Of a stretch of 64,000 nucleotides of DNA, positions 37,354 through 46,043 are shown in pieces; within the stretch, counting starts at the first letter, position 1; each line of letters begins with the position of its first letter. The notes under the pieces were generated by a model. The model made no database searches. It was not told where the DNA came from and saw nothing but the letters and a program-made list of their open reading frames with translations. The translations under genes were made by a program, and so were the position numbers. Where the stretch lies: the IMG/VR virus record IMGVR_UViG_3300011934_000017, positions 1 through 64,000 of that record. One strand, given 5' to 3'.

Positions 37354-37584
37354 ATGCTTATACGTCCAGAAAGTCATGGAATACAAATCATTCGTAAAAT
37401 CTTTCAGGTTAAACAGGCAGTGCTTTTGGACGCAAGATATTCAGGAAAGAGCGTAGTGGTCTATCGCTCTTTTATAGGGCGTCTATTCAAACCTCAACGA
37501 TACGCTACTTTGAAGGAGATAATGAAGTATGAGGATTCGAGGTATTCGAAAAACACTAAGAAAGCTGTTTCGCGTGAGACCTGA
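37354..37584 (+). CDS. Small hypothetical protein (paralog of the next ORF)
   Basis: VYRSFIGRLFK shared with 37529..37774. Confidence 0.65.
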   Translation: MLIRPESHGIQIIRKIFQVKQAVLLDARYSGKSVVVYRSFIGRLFKPQRYATLKEIMKYEDSRYSKNTKKAVSRET

Positions 37585-37774
37585 AGTGTTGTGGTGTCCT
37601 GAAAGTCCTGGAATGCGCGTCATGGTATATCGTTCTTTTATAGGACGTCTGTTCAAATCCAAACACTTTGCAACCTTAGGGGAATCAATAAAACACTCTA
37701 ATACAAAAATCGGTGCCCTACATCTAAAAAAGGATATGGAAAATGAAAAACAGAAACATAAGCCTTGCAGATAA
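37529..37774 (+). CDS. Small hypothetical protein (paralog of the previous ORF)
   Basis: VYRSFIGRLFK; RBS aaggag. Confidence 0.6.
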   Translation: MRIRGIRKTLRKLFRVRPEVLWCPESPGMRVMVYRSFIGRLFKSKHFATLGESIKHSNTKIGALHLKKDMENEKQKHKPCR

Positions 37775-38213
37775 GAGTCGTTACTCAGACGAAGAAGCCG
37801 AAGCTCAAAGAAAAGCTAAGGTATATCCTTCGCTAAGCCGAGAATACGCGGAAAGCATTATTGACGCTATCCATTATGACATTCTCAGTGATGGCAAAAC
37901 CACTGCCTGCACCTTAGAGATTTTCAACAATAGCTTTTCCGTTCAAGGTCATAGCAGTTGCCTAGATGCTCGAAACTTTGATGCTAAGCTCGGACGTACT
38001 TATTCGTACAAACGGGCCTTTGACAGGCTGATGTTAATTGTGGCCGCAACTGTTGCAGCCTTCGATAAAGACTGGAAAGAGAATCGTAGACTAGAAAATT
38101 TAGCACAGGAACTGGAGTCTGATATACAACACTATACAGACAACTACCTGACTGATGCCGACGGTGAAATGTTGAACCTGCTAGTCAAATACAAGAAAAT
38201 GCTCGAAGTGTAA
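37743..38213 (+). CDS. Phage gp49/66-family protein (Acb4-like nucleotide sponge candidate)
   Basis: ESII..IHY...TT.CTL...NSFSV.G.SSC.D..NFD..LG... Confidence 0.7.
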   Translation: MKNRNISLADKSRYSDEEAEAQRKAKVYPSLSREYAESIIDAIHYDILSDGKTTACTLEIFNNSFSVQGHSSCLDARNFDAKLGRTYSYKRAFDRLMLIVAATVAAFDKDWKENRRLENLAQELESDIQHYTDNYLTDADGEMLNLLVKYKKMLEV

Positions 38214-38259
38214 ATAAACAGTGCTATACAAAAACATCATTTAACTAAAGGAAGTAATC

Positions 38260-38676
38260 ATGAAAGGCAATGCAAAGAACGATCCAAAGACCAAGACAAT
38301 ACCACCGAAAACTGGTTCTACAAAAGCAAAAGAAACTCCTGGAACCCAAACAACTTCTGGTATCGCTTTGGAAGCAGGCTTCAAAGAAGCTAAGATTTTT
38401 GAAGTAGAGTATCACCTGACCTGCAAGTGCGACACATTCAACGCTTTTGAAGGCCACCGCAGCTACGTGGAAGACCTTGGAAATCGCCGAGCCATGTTCG
38501 CCGTAAGTAAAGAAAACCTGACAGTTGATGGATCATTCGATACTTCGAAGGTACTTCAGGTTGTACGTGATCAAATTCTGATTCCTGAGTTTGAAGGCCA
38601 TGAAGCAATCAACATTCAGATCGTCAATGTGGTAAACCGAAGTGAAGTAGGTATGCCGACTTTCACTATGTTGTGA
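38260..38676 (+). CDS. Hypothetical protein
   Basis: RBS aagga; TAAATA at 38210. Confidence 0.7.
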   Translation: MKGNAKNDPKTKTIPPKTGSTKAKETPGTQTTSGIALEAGFKEAKIFEVEYHLTCKCDTFNAFEGHRSYVEDLGNRRAMFAVSKENLTVDGSFDTSKVLQVVRDQILIPEFEGHEAINIQIVNVVNRSEVGMPTFTML

Positions 38677-38683
38677 GCTTCCA

Positions 38684-38872
38684 ATGTCGATAATCCGCGA
38701 TAACTTGATGAAGGAAAAGAACTACACCCCGTATTGCGGAAATACAAGTTGCTCAGTCATGCCACGATCATTCTTTAACGGTTCTCAGTTTCAGTGCTCG
38801 TGGTGTGGTTGGCAATCAAAATTCGATGACGAATTTATTTCGCAATACAAAGCAAAGTGGGGCAAGCAATGA
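38684..38872 (+). CDS. Small conserved Zn-binding phage protein
   Basis: YTPYCG...C..MPR..F.G.QF.C..CGW.S.F. Confidence 0.7.
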   Translation: MSIIRDNLMKEKNYTPYCGNTSCSVMPRSFFNGSQFQCSWCGWQSKFDDEFISQYKAKWGKQ

Positions 38873-39129
38873 ACAGACCTAAGCGAGACTCAAAAGAATT
38901 TTGGGTAGCTTTAGACGGTGTTGTATCTTGTCAGACAGTGCTGGCTACAAACAGTCCTTCTATGTGGTACGCACCTGAAGAGAAGTCTACACTCACTGTG
39001 GACGTGCACCTATTTGAACGACGTAACGATGCTAATGAAAAGGCACACAAGTATCTGGATCGCTTTGAGCAGATGATTTACGAAAAGCGAAAAGCATTGG
39101 TACCTCGCGCCATTCCCATTGAATATTAA
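38869..39129 (+). CDS. Hypothetical protein
   Basis: ATGA overlap with the upstream stop. Confidence 0.65.
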   Translation: MNRPKRDSKEFWVALDGVVSCQTVLATNSPSMWYAPEEKSTLTVDVHLFERRNDANEKAHKYLDRFEQMIYEKRKALVPRAIPIEY

Positions 39130-39138
39130 GGCTTTGCT

Positions 39139-39318
39139 ATGAAACCTATAGAAATGTCTTTGGAAGAGAGGCTTCAAAAGCTGAACAAAGGCTCCGCTAC
39201 CGATTTTCGTGCTATGCTTGTGCGTATGAAAAAGGACGATAAGTCAGAGCAAGAAATTTCAGAAGCGTCCGATGCTTACTTAAAAAAGCGCGGTATCGGT
39301 AAATACAAGATACGGTGA
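39139..39318 (+). CDS. Small hypothetical protein (59 aa; not in the ORF track)
   Basis: Read by hand: MKPIEMSLEERLQKLNKG...KKRGIGKYKIR*; fills the gap exactly. Confidence 0.65.
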   Translation: MKPIEMSLEERLQKLNKGSATDFRAMLVRMKKDDKSEQEISEASDAYLKKRGIGKYKIR

Positions 39319-39328
39319 GGAGCAGTAA

Positions 39329-39709
39329 ATGGCAAATGAAACTGAAGTTACTGTTTGGGGTATCGGTCTTGAGCAAGAAGAAATTCAAACGTTCTCTGAT
39401 GCTCTTGTGTCTCTAGGTTTTCCACACTTATGCTCTATCGTGGACGAGAATCAGACTGGAGGCACAAGAACTGGAAATTTTAAAGCGTATGGTGCCTGCT
39501 TTCGATGCTTTAACGAAATGGGTAATCTGTTTCCGGTAGAACATGTCATATCGCTGTTTTCCGGCCTTGCAATAGACAGCAATTTTGAAGGTGGAATCAT
39601 TGTCGATGACGATCATACAGGTGAAACGCATAACCTTCTATTCTCTCCGAAGGGTGCCAAAGTACACAGCAAATCCTTAGAGTACGGCGTTATACACGTT
39701 AGAAGCTAA
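39329..39709 (+). CDS. Hypothetical protein
   Basis: RBS aggag. Confidence 0.7.
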   Translation: MANETEVTVWGIGLEQEEIQTFSDALVSLGFPHLCSIVDENQTGGTRTGNFKAYGACFRCFNEMGNLFPVEHVISLFSGLAIDSNFEGGIIVDDDHTGETHNLLFSPKGAKVHSKSLEYGVIHVRS

Positions 39710-39737
39710 GCAAGCAATCTTAAATAGGAATTCAACT

Positions 39738-40091
39738 ATGGGCAATCAATACGCTGACCGTGATATAATGGGTTTAGACGATAAAGGTGGTCACTACTTT
39801 CGTCATGTAAACGCGATGACAGCCGAAGACTTGCATTCTAAAAGTGATATTGCGGCTGAATTGGCTTACAGGGACTACCAGATTGACCAGCTTGAAAAGC
39901 GCTTGAAAAACTCTTTGGAAGCATTGAAGTACATTGACTCACCTATAAAGTATCTTCGAGAAGAGGCAGAACAAGAAGGTTCTGTATTGAATGCCTTTGC
40001 CTCGACAATAGTTGACGATCCGCACTTCCTTCGAGACATTGCACGAAAAGCCCTAGATAAGGAAGTTGAATTTCATCAGGAGCGATTATGA
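39738..40091 (+). CDS. Conserved phage protein (YAxRD...HVxAMTAExLHSKSDIAAELA family)
   Basis: Motif recognised from many proteobacterial phages; TAAATA at 39720. Confidence 0.7.
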   Translation: MGNQYADRDIMGLDDKGGHYFRHVNAMTAEDLHSKSDIAAELAYRDYQIDQLEKRLKNSLEALKYIDSPIKYLREEAEQEGSVLNAFASTIVDDPHFLRDIARKALDKEVEFHQERL

Positions 40092-40516
40092 AACGTGCGC
40101 ATTTTGACACGGTACTGATGATAGTTACAGGACGTGTCGTACCTTATTTAGAACTAGAAACGAACAAAGTACAGACTATAGGAAACAAGGCTAGTTCGTT
40201 AGACAATCTGTATGAAACGCTGGCTAAAACTATGGGAAGCCCTGTAAACACTCACGACATTCCCGGAGTTCTTTGGGTAGTAGCTGCTTACTTTAAAAAA
40301 GAGTATCCTGAAATCCGCGAAGATACTGACTTTCCTCTTATTTGGGAACTGTATGAAAGCTGGCGAGGTTCGTTTTTAACCAAGCATGACCTTCCTGATT
40401 GGTACGATGTGCCTGTTCTCAATACAGAAAAAGTAAAAAACGGAAGAGTATCTAGAGGAACCAGGGTAGAGTTCATTTTACCTGAAGATAGAAGAGTATC
40501 TGTCTTTATTCCATAG
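40088..40516 (+). CDS. Hypothetical protein
   Basis: ATGA coupling. Confidence 0.7.
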   Translation: MKRAHFDTVLMIVTGRVVPYLELETNKVQTIGNKASSLDNLYETLAKTMGSPVNTHDIPGVLWVVAAYFKKEYPEIREDTDFPLIWELYESWRGSFLTKHDLPDWYDVPVLNTEKVKNGRVSRGTRVEFILPEDRRVSVFIP

Positions 40517-40546
40517 ACGCAGCATCAAAATACGACAGGACAATTT

Positions 40547-40978
40547 ATGGCAAAAAACGCATACATGGCATCCGATAGTTTTGGAGTCGCGTTAGATTAT
40601 GCCGTTGCGTATTCTATAAATCGTGACTATTCCACAGCACCGGAGTTTCTTGAGTCTTTTAAACTAGATATTAAGAAAGGCAAAGTTCTTAATCATTTCG
40701 GCAAAATCTTCAATCCTACTGAAAACTCCGATCTTGCTCTTTCCTTGTTTTCTAATTTTGCGGTTAGCGTATTTCCGTTATCGGACGCGACATGGGGAGC
40801 AAGAGAATACATCACCGAAGCCGTAGGCCTATGTGTTGAAAGTGAATCTATGGATATCCCTACTGCTTATCGCACTGCTGGTCTTCGAGCATTAGCTGTG
40901 ACAAACACTGACGGCAAAATAGTCGTCTCCTCCAAAATGTGGGAATATCTCTCACAGTACGTCCACAAGAAGGTATAA
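40547..40978 (+). CDS. Hypothetical protein, weakly NinX/DUF2591-like
   Basis: LDYAVA...FNPTEN pattern. Confidence 0.55.
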   Translation: MAKNAYMASDSFGVALDYAVAYSINRDYSTAPEFLESFKLDIKKGKVLNHFGKIFNPTENSDLALSLFSNFAVSVFPLSDATWGAREYITEAVGLCVESESMDIPTAYRTAGLRALAVTNTDGKIVVSSKMWEYLSQYVHKKV

Positions 40979-40982
40979 GACA

Positions 40983-41294
40983 ATGGAACTTGCAAACAGA
41001 ATTTCATTGGATCACATTGAATCCTGCATCCACGCTGTAGAGTACACGACTCTTCGCAATACGGCTTCTGAAGTGGCAGCACCTGTTACAATCTGCCACG
41101 TTATGCTGAAAAACGGAAAGAATGTCATTGGCATTAACTACGGCGCCATTGATCCAGAACAGCACAGCGCTGAAATGGGTAAGAAGGAAGCTTACAAGCA
41201 AGCTATCGATAAACTGTTTGAGCTTGAAGGTTATGCTTTAATCAACAGGCACTTCGAAACAGGTTCGGGCCTTCTGATCGAAAATAAGGAGTAA
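40983..41294 (+). CDS. Phage gp49/66-family protein (second Acb4-like sponge candidate)
   Basis: ISLDHIES.I...Y...VTIC...LKNG..V.G...IDPE..SAEMG...A...AIDKLFELEGYAL. Confidence 0.75.
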   Translation: MELANRISLDHIESCIHAVEYTTLRNTASEVAAPVTICHVMLKNGKNVIGINYGAIDPEQHSAEMGKKEAYKQAIDKLFELEGYALINRHFETGSGLLIENKE

Positions 41295-41297
41295 TAT

Positions 41298-41723
41298 ATG
41301 CAAGCGCTGTACAAGTATCCGCTAGAACCGCTTAATCACGAGGGTGTTTCTATCGTCACAAAAGTGGGAATGATGGAAGCAGATGAACATGACTTCAACG
41401 AAAGCGAAGCTGGCGCTATGTATCAGATAATCAAGAAGCGTCTGGCTTACCACAGTGTTCCCTGCACCAAACATCTGATCCTGTATCTTTGCACGTTGGT
41501 TACCAATCCTGGTGCCGCAGTTCTTTTCGCGCATACAGTAGGCTGTATCTATGCGACTGTGGAAAGAGAAGTGACGGTACTTGACTTCTATGAGCGCTTT
41601 GCAGAAGGTATGCCTAGTGCATATACCCTGAGTAAAGCATGGGATGACCAAAAAGACGAAGGTGCGAATCACGTAGACTATGAAGATACGTGGACGATTG
41701 AAAACCTGAAGGCGGCTGCATAA
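41298..41723 (+). CDS. Hypothetical protein
   Basis: RBS aaggag. Confidence 0.7.
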   Translation: MQALYKYPLEPLNHEGVSIVTKVGMMEADEHDFNESEAGAMYQIIKKRLAYHSVPCTKHLILYLCTLVTNPGAAVLFAHTVGCIYATVEREVTVLDFYERFAEGMPSAYTLSKAWDDQKDEGANHVDYEDTWTIENLKAAA

Positions 41724-41726
41724 ACA

Positions 41727-42179
41727 ATGGAAACAGTCACAGTCTACACAGACGGTTCTTGCAGAAAGAATCCAGGTGCAGGCGGCTGGGCTGCTGTTCT
41801 ACGTAAAGGAAGTAAGAAGAGAATTCTACAAGGCGCAGATGCAGAAACCACCAATAACAGAATGGAAATGAAAGCTGTTATTGGTGCTCTGCGCTTCTTG
41901 GAGAATAAAGGGCCTTACAACGTAGAAGTATTCAGCGACTCTCAGTACGTCATAAAAGGCATATCACAATGGGTTCCTAACTGGCGTAGAATGGGCTGGA
42001 AAACGTCAGCAGGAGCAGACGTTAAGAACGGCGATCTTTGGAAGGAGATAGATTCTTTGCGAGGGTTCCATAATATCAACTGGAACTGGGTGCGGGGTCA
42101 CAATGGTGATGAATACAACGAATTGGCAGATAGACTAGCAAACGATGCCGCAGTCCAAGCGGGATACTATGAAAGCTGA
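41727..42179 (+). CDS. rnhA: Ribonuclease HI
   Basis: YTDGSC..NPG.GGW, TTNNRME, SDSQYV, VKN.DLW, WVRGH.G...NE.AD.LA. Confidence 0.95.
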   Translation: METVTVYTDGSCRKNPGAGGWAAVLRKGSKKRILQGADAETTNNRMEMKAVIGALRFLENKGPYNVEVFSDSQYVIKGISQWVPNWRRMGWKTSAGADVKNGDLWKEIDSLRGFHNINWNWVRGHNGDEYNELADRLANDAAVQAGYYES

Positions 42180-43038
42180 GGAAGGAAAAATGGACGATAA
42201 GCAAGCAAGTGTACAAAAGATGAATCGAACGACCGATCTGCGGTTTGAGCGTGACGTGGAGCTAAACAAGTGGGAAAAGTTTTGTACCTCAAACGGGCTG
42301 TCTTTCGCCCCTAACATCGGGCAAAATTTTAACGTGTTCGTAGGTCGTAACATTGAAATATCTTTGAATAAAGCGGGTGACACAACAGAAGGGTATCCAC
42401 CATTATACTTTGATGGTATGGATATAGTGTACACGAACGATCCTGACACTGTGCGACTCATTAGAAAGATTGCCGAAACCTTCGACTCTGAAGTTTACGG
42501 TCTGGTGTCAGATCAAGAAACAAAACAGGAAGTAGAAAATCTTAAAGAGAGAATAAGATCGGATCTAAGTAGATTCGTCTTTGAAAAAGTTTCACCTTCT
42601 TCGGAAAGTGAAATAAGAAAAGCGCTAAACGATTCGTTACGCGAAACTCCAGGCATCCATCACTACAATGTAAGCCATGTTAAGTCCATAATAGTCACTT
42701 GGGAAGACTTGTATCCGCGACGATGGTGTAGACTTAAAGCGAAGTTTGCTCGCAACGTTTTAAGGGCACCTACTTTGTTTACATGCCGACCGTCTAGGCT
42801 GATGCGATGGTTTGGCTATAAGTCAGACCAGATTGTCAGTGTACGCAGCGACACTTTTTATTCTACATTGTTTGAAACGGAAGATATCGTTAAGGGCATT
42901 GAAAACGCTTTAGCGGAAGGCTCTCTCAGAATAAAAACCGTTTCAAGATTACCAGTCCCTTATTCTAAGTTAGCTGCTGATGTTTCTTTTACACCGATTT
43001 TACCTGTAGACTCAATAGATATAAAGATAAACATTTGA
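42169..43038 (+). CDS. Hypothetical protein
   Basis: Long ORF; start at 42169 or 42145. Confidence 0.7.
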   Translation: MKAEEGKMDDKQASVQKMNRTTDLRFERDVELNKWEKFCTSNGLSFAPNIGQNFNVFVGRNIEISLNKAGDTTEGYPPLYFDGMDIVYTNDPDTVRLIRKIAETFDSEVYGLVSDQETKQEVENLKERIRSDLSRFVFEKVSPSSESEIRKALNDSLRETPGIHHYNVSHVKSIIVTWEDLYPRRWCRLKAKFARNVLRAPTLFTCRPSRLMRWFGYKSDQIVSVRSDTFYSTLFETEDIVKGIENALAEGSLRIKTVSRLPVPYSKLAADVSFTPILPVDSIDIKINI

Positions 43039-43054
43039 ACCGCGTGTACAAAAG

Positions 43055-43091
43055 AAAAGGGAGTTCCTAAATCACTAGGAACTCCCTTTTT
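43055..43091. terminator. Bidirectional terminator between convergent blocks
   Basis: aaaagggagttccta-aatcac-taggaactccctttt(t). Confidence 0.9.
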
Positions 43092-43094
43092 GCG

Positions 43095-43544
43095 TTAAAA
43101 CAGAAAGCTAGACGATAAAATGGAAGCTTGATAAGCAAGTCTTTCGACTTTGAGTAGTACCGCTTGTCGAGCTTCTGCCTTTTCTCCCTCATACGCCTCC
43201 GTTAAGAGTGTGTTGATTGCTTCTTCCATAAGCCTAAGCATTTCAACCAAGTTGTTACGCTCGTCTATCAGCGCGTTTGTAGCCAATACCATCTGCTCTA
43301 ACTTGGCCGTATTTTCCCTTGCTACTTGTCGAAGCTTAATAAGACGATCCAGCCCTTCTTTATTAAAGCCTCCGTACACTTGTTCATCCTGCACAATGCG
43401 ATAAGCAGTAGGTGATTCAGGTACAAGCTGAAAGTCTAGTTCAACAGGCGCCATTTTGTTAATACCACCAACTGCTTTGAACTCTTCTTTTGGTTCTACC
43501 GTTGCACAACCTACAAGCAATAAACATAGAAGAAAAGCCCTCAT
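43095..43544 (-). CDS. Putative o-spanin (outer-membrane lipoprotein)
   Basis: Signal peptide with lipobox LVG-C; coiled-coil body. Confidence 0.65.
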   Translation of the reverse strand: MRAFLLCLLLVGCATVEPKEEFKAVGGINKMAPVELDFQLVPESPTAYRIVQDEQVYGGFNKEGLDRLIKLRQVARENTAKLEQMVLATNALIDERNNLVEMLRLMEEAINTLLTEAYEGEKAEARQAVLLKVERLAYQASILSSSFLF

Positions 43545-43837
43545 AGTTTACCTCGCACTCTTTTGTAGTCGTCTACCTCTGCGTAAGTAGGAGTTTTGTT
43601 CACAAGGCTATCACTCATGTAGCCCAGAGCAAAGAACTCCATAGCCGAAGCGTCTGGATTCATCAAGTAAAGTGACACAAAAGCAGCAATCGAGGCACTT
43701 ACGGCTGTGTACGTCCTGCCTTTGTGAATGTTCAGATACTCAATGATATCGATCTTTTCCATACCTGCTTTCTTCAGAATGTGGGCTATGAAGCCAGATA
43801 CAGCAAAGGCGATAGCGATTAAAAGTGTGGTTTCCAT
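43541..43837 (-). CDS. Putative holin
   Basis: 98 aa, two to three hydrophobic segments, basic C-terminus; between spanin-like genes. Confidence 0.55.
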   Translation of the reverse strand: METTLLIAIAFAVSGFIAHILKKAGMEKIDIIEYLNIHKGRTYTAVSASIAAFVSLYLMNPDASAMEFFALGYMSDSLVNKTPTYAEVDDYKRVRGKL

Positions 43838-43845
43838 AATAGCTC

Positions 43846-44124
43846 CTAAATTTCGTCGTCATTCCAACGCATGATAGCCTCATCCTCATCTGCTGAGGAT
43901 TCTACTTCACGCTTAACTTGGATTGCTTTTGCTTTTTGAATGTGGTCTTGGGCCTTTTCGAAATTAACTGCTGCTGCTTTCTTATGTAGATTGGCTTCCT
44001 TGTCTTTTACCTTGTTCCGGTAATTGCTGGCAGTCTTACTTTGATTGCCTAACGCACCTAAAATCAAGGCAATAAATGCTAAAACAGCAACACCTATTGC
44101 TATGAACTTCCCGCCTAGTTTCAT
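43846..44124 (-). CDS. Putative i-spanin
   Basis: N-terminal TM helix followed by a charged coiled coil. Confidence 0.55.
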   Translation of the reverse strand: MKLGGKFIAIGVAVLAFIALILGALGNQSKTASNYRNKVKDKEANLHKKAAAVNFEKAQDHIQKAKAIQVKREVESSADEDEAIMRWNDDEI

Positions 44125-44753
44125 TAGAAATCTCCTTTTATTCCAAAGTTATCCATGCGCTTCCTGCGTATCTTTCGCATTTTAATCTTGGCTTTCTCGT
44201 TGATTTTGTTTCCGAATATCTGCCCTTCATCCTCTTCATCGTCTTCATCTTCTTTGTCTTTACTTTCTGAAGTAACAGAAGACACTTTGGTTTGAAGAAC
44301 AGCAATGAGACGGACAGAACTGCTGGTGATATGATGGGAAGCGGATCTATCTGCGTTTTCTGAGCTACCCTTCTGCAAAACAGAAGGGCTACCGGCCAGT
44401 ATAGCTTGTGTGTCTTCTAACACGCAGATAGGTGCAGGATCACCGTGTCGTGGATAGCTTCTATGCCCACGTGTGAACATAAGAGCTATCTTTGGAGACA
44501 CCGCACAGAACTGTTTGGCAGGAAACGAACCGTTCTGGACCTGCTCTATTACTTGCTTCCGCGAAGGGCTTAACACTGAGAAGTATAGATGCCGATTGGA
44601 CCTCAATTCTTTCAGAACAGAAGAAATATCCTGAGTAGAGAACATCGACTCCACTTTGAAGTCAATCATAGGATCGAAAGGCTTACAATGCGCAGCTTCA
44701 CATATCGCGTGAATGGCCTTTCGCTGCGCATCTGTTAAGGCGATTTGTTTCAT
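44124..44753 (-). CDS. Hypothetical protein with an acidic/basic C-terminus
   Basis: Coupled ORF. Confidence 0.65.
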   Translation of the reverse strand: MKQIALTDAQRKAIHAICEAAHCKPFDPMIDFKVESMFSTQDISSVLKELRSNRHLYFSVLSPSRKQVIEQVQNGSFPAKQFCAVSPKIALMFTRGHRSYPRHGDPAPICVLEDTQAILAGSPSVLQKGSSENADRSASHHITSSSVRLIAVLQTKVSSVTSESKDKEDEDDEEDEGQIFGNKINEKAKIKMRKIRRKRMDNFGIKGDF

Positions 44754-44757
44754 TTAA

Positions 44758-44964
44758 TCACCGTTTTGTTTTGATGCCTGTGGCTTTCTTGTGCTTGTCC
44801 CAGTCTTCTGAAATTTCAGCCAAGAAATTGGCAATCTCGTCGTCAGAACCTTCGAACGGATGATCTTTGCCTCGTTCTTCCAGACGTCCTTTCAGAAATG
44901 CGCGGTATTCACGCTGAGCTTCAGACAGTTCGGAATCGGCACTAAGGGAAATGTTAATCTGCAT
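44758..44964 (-). CDS. Small acidic (likely virion) protein
   Basis: Start moved to ATG 44964 (RBS gagg): MQINISLSADSE... Confidence 0.65.
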   Translation of the reverse strand: MQINISLSADSELSEAQREYRAFLKGRLEERGKDHPFEGSDDEIANFLAEISEDWDKHKKATGIKTKR

Positions 44965-45007
44965 GATATACCTCGAAGTTTTTGTGAATGCTACGTAAAT
45001 TACTTTA

Positions 45008-46042
45008 TCATACACCGACAGGAACGAAATCGCCAGGGCTTTGAGCACTGTAAAGAGGATCGTGAATGTTGATAACGTTACCTGAACGCCACCAGTCGTT
45101 TCCGTAAAGCGTTCTCACGTCAACCTCAATATCTTCCGTATGTTCCCAGCTTGCGTAGTATCGTGTCCTTCTCCTGTATCCGTATCTTGCTAAACGGCTT
45201 GTTACTTTTTGTCTGCGGAATGAGATTTTCACAGACACAGGGTACGGACCGTTAGGTTGTACGTAAGGAACTAGCGAAGCTTCGTCCGTCGTACCGTTTA
45301 ACAGAGGATCAGGCCAATTTTGAACGTGAAAGCTTCCGTCAAACGGCCACTTGTACCGCTGATCTACGTATCGATATCCCGCAGAGCTTAGAGTGTTAAC
45401 AGTCAATGTGGTAGAACCTAATACTTCTTTGACTTGTCTTACGTATACTCTTCCATTCTTTGTAATACGCTTCGGTACGTGCTGGTACCAGGTTGTAACA
45501 ACGTGAGAGAACGAACCAAAGCCCGGTGGAATGTACCATTGTGCAATGTATCGGAATGCTCGACGTGTAGCCGTTCGCTGTGTTGTGTCTTCCTCTACTA
45601 CGATGCGACCTTCCATGTAGTTGAGAACGTTCAACACAATCTGACCGGGTTCGCTGTTTTGAAAACCGTTGTTCATAACGTAAGAGAAACAGTCTTGACC
45701 AATAAAGTTAGGCCGAGACACGTACTGAAACCCGTCGCCGTAGGTAGATTTAGTGATTCTTCCGTGCTCAGGACGAGACGTGTTAAAGAAATTGCAGGCC
45801 CATCCTCGTCGCGCACCGTGTTCTTCAATCAGGTCTTTATTGCGAACACCTGCTTCTTCCCTAGCATCTTCTTTTTCATCGTCGGTGAAAGTAGATTCAA
45901 TGATATCCATATCACGAGCACCTTGAACAAGATACTCGGTGAGTGGAATGTCGATTGGCTTTCCTCGATAAACATCAACTTCGATGTACGGTGCGATTGG
46001 CTTCTCGTTCCGCCACACACTCTCTGTAACTGCTCTGGACAT
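45008..46042 (-). CDS. Putative virion/fibre-associated protein
   Basis: RBS aggagg; aromatic and Arg-rich beta protein within the structural cluster. Confidence 0.6.
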   Translation of the reverse strand: MSRAVTESVWRNEKPIAPYIEVDVYRGKPIDIPLTEYLVQGARDMDIIESTFTDDEKEDAREEAGVRNKDLIEEHGARRGWACNFFNTSRPEHGRITKSTYGDGFQYVSRPNFIGQDCFSYVMNNGFQNSEPGQIVLNVLNYMEGRIVVEEDTTQRTATRRAFRYIAQWYIPPGFGSFSHVVTTWYQHVPKRITKNGRVYVRQVKEVLGSTTLTVNTLSSAGYRYVDQRYKWPFDGSFHVQNWPDPLLNGTTDEASLVPYVQPNGPYPVSVKISFRRQKVTSRLARYGYRRRTRYYASWEHTEDIEVDVRTLYGNDWWRSGNVINIHDPLYSAQSPGDFVPVGV

Positions 46043-46043
46043 T

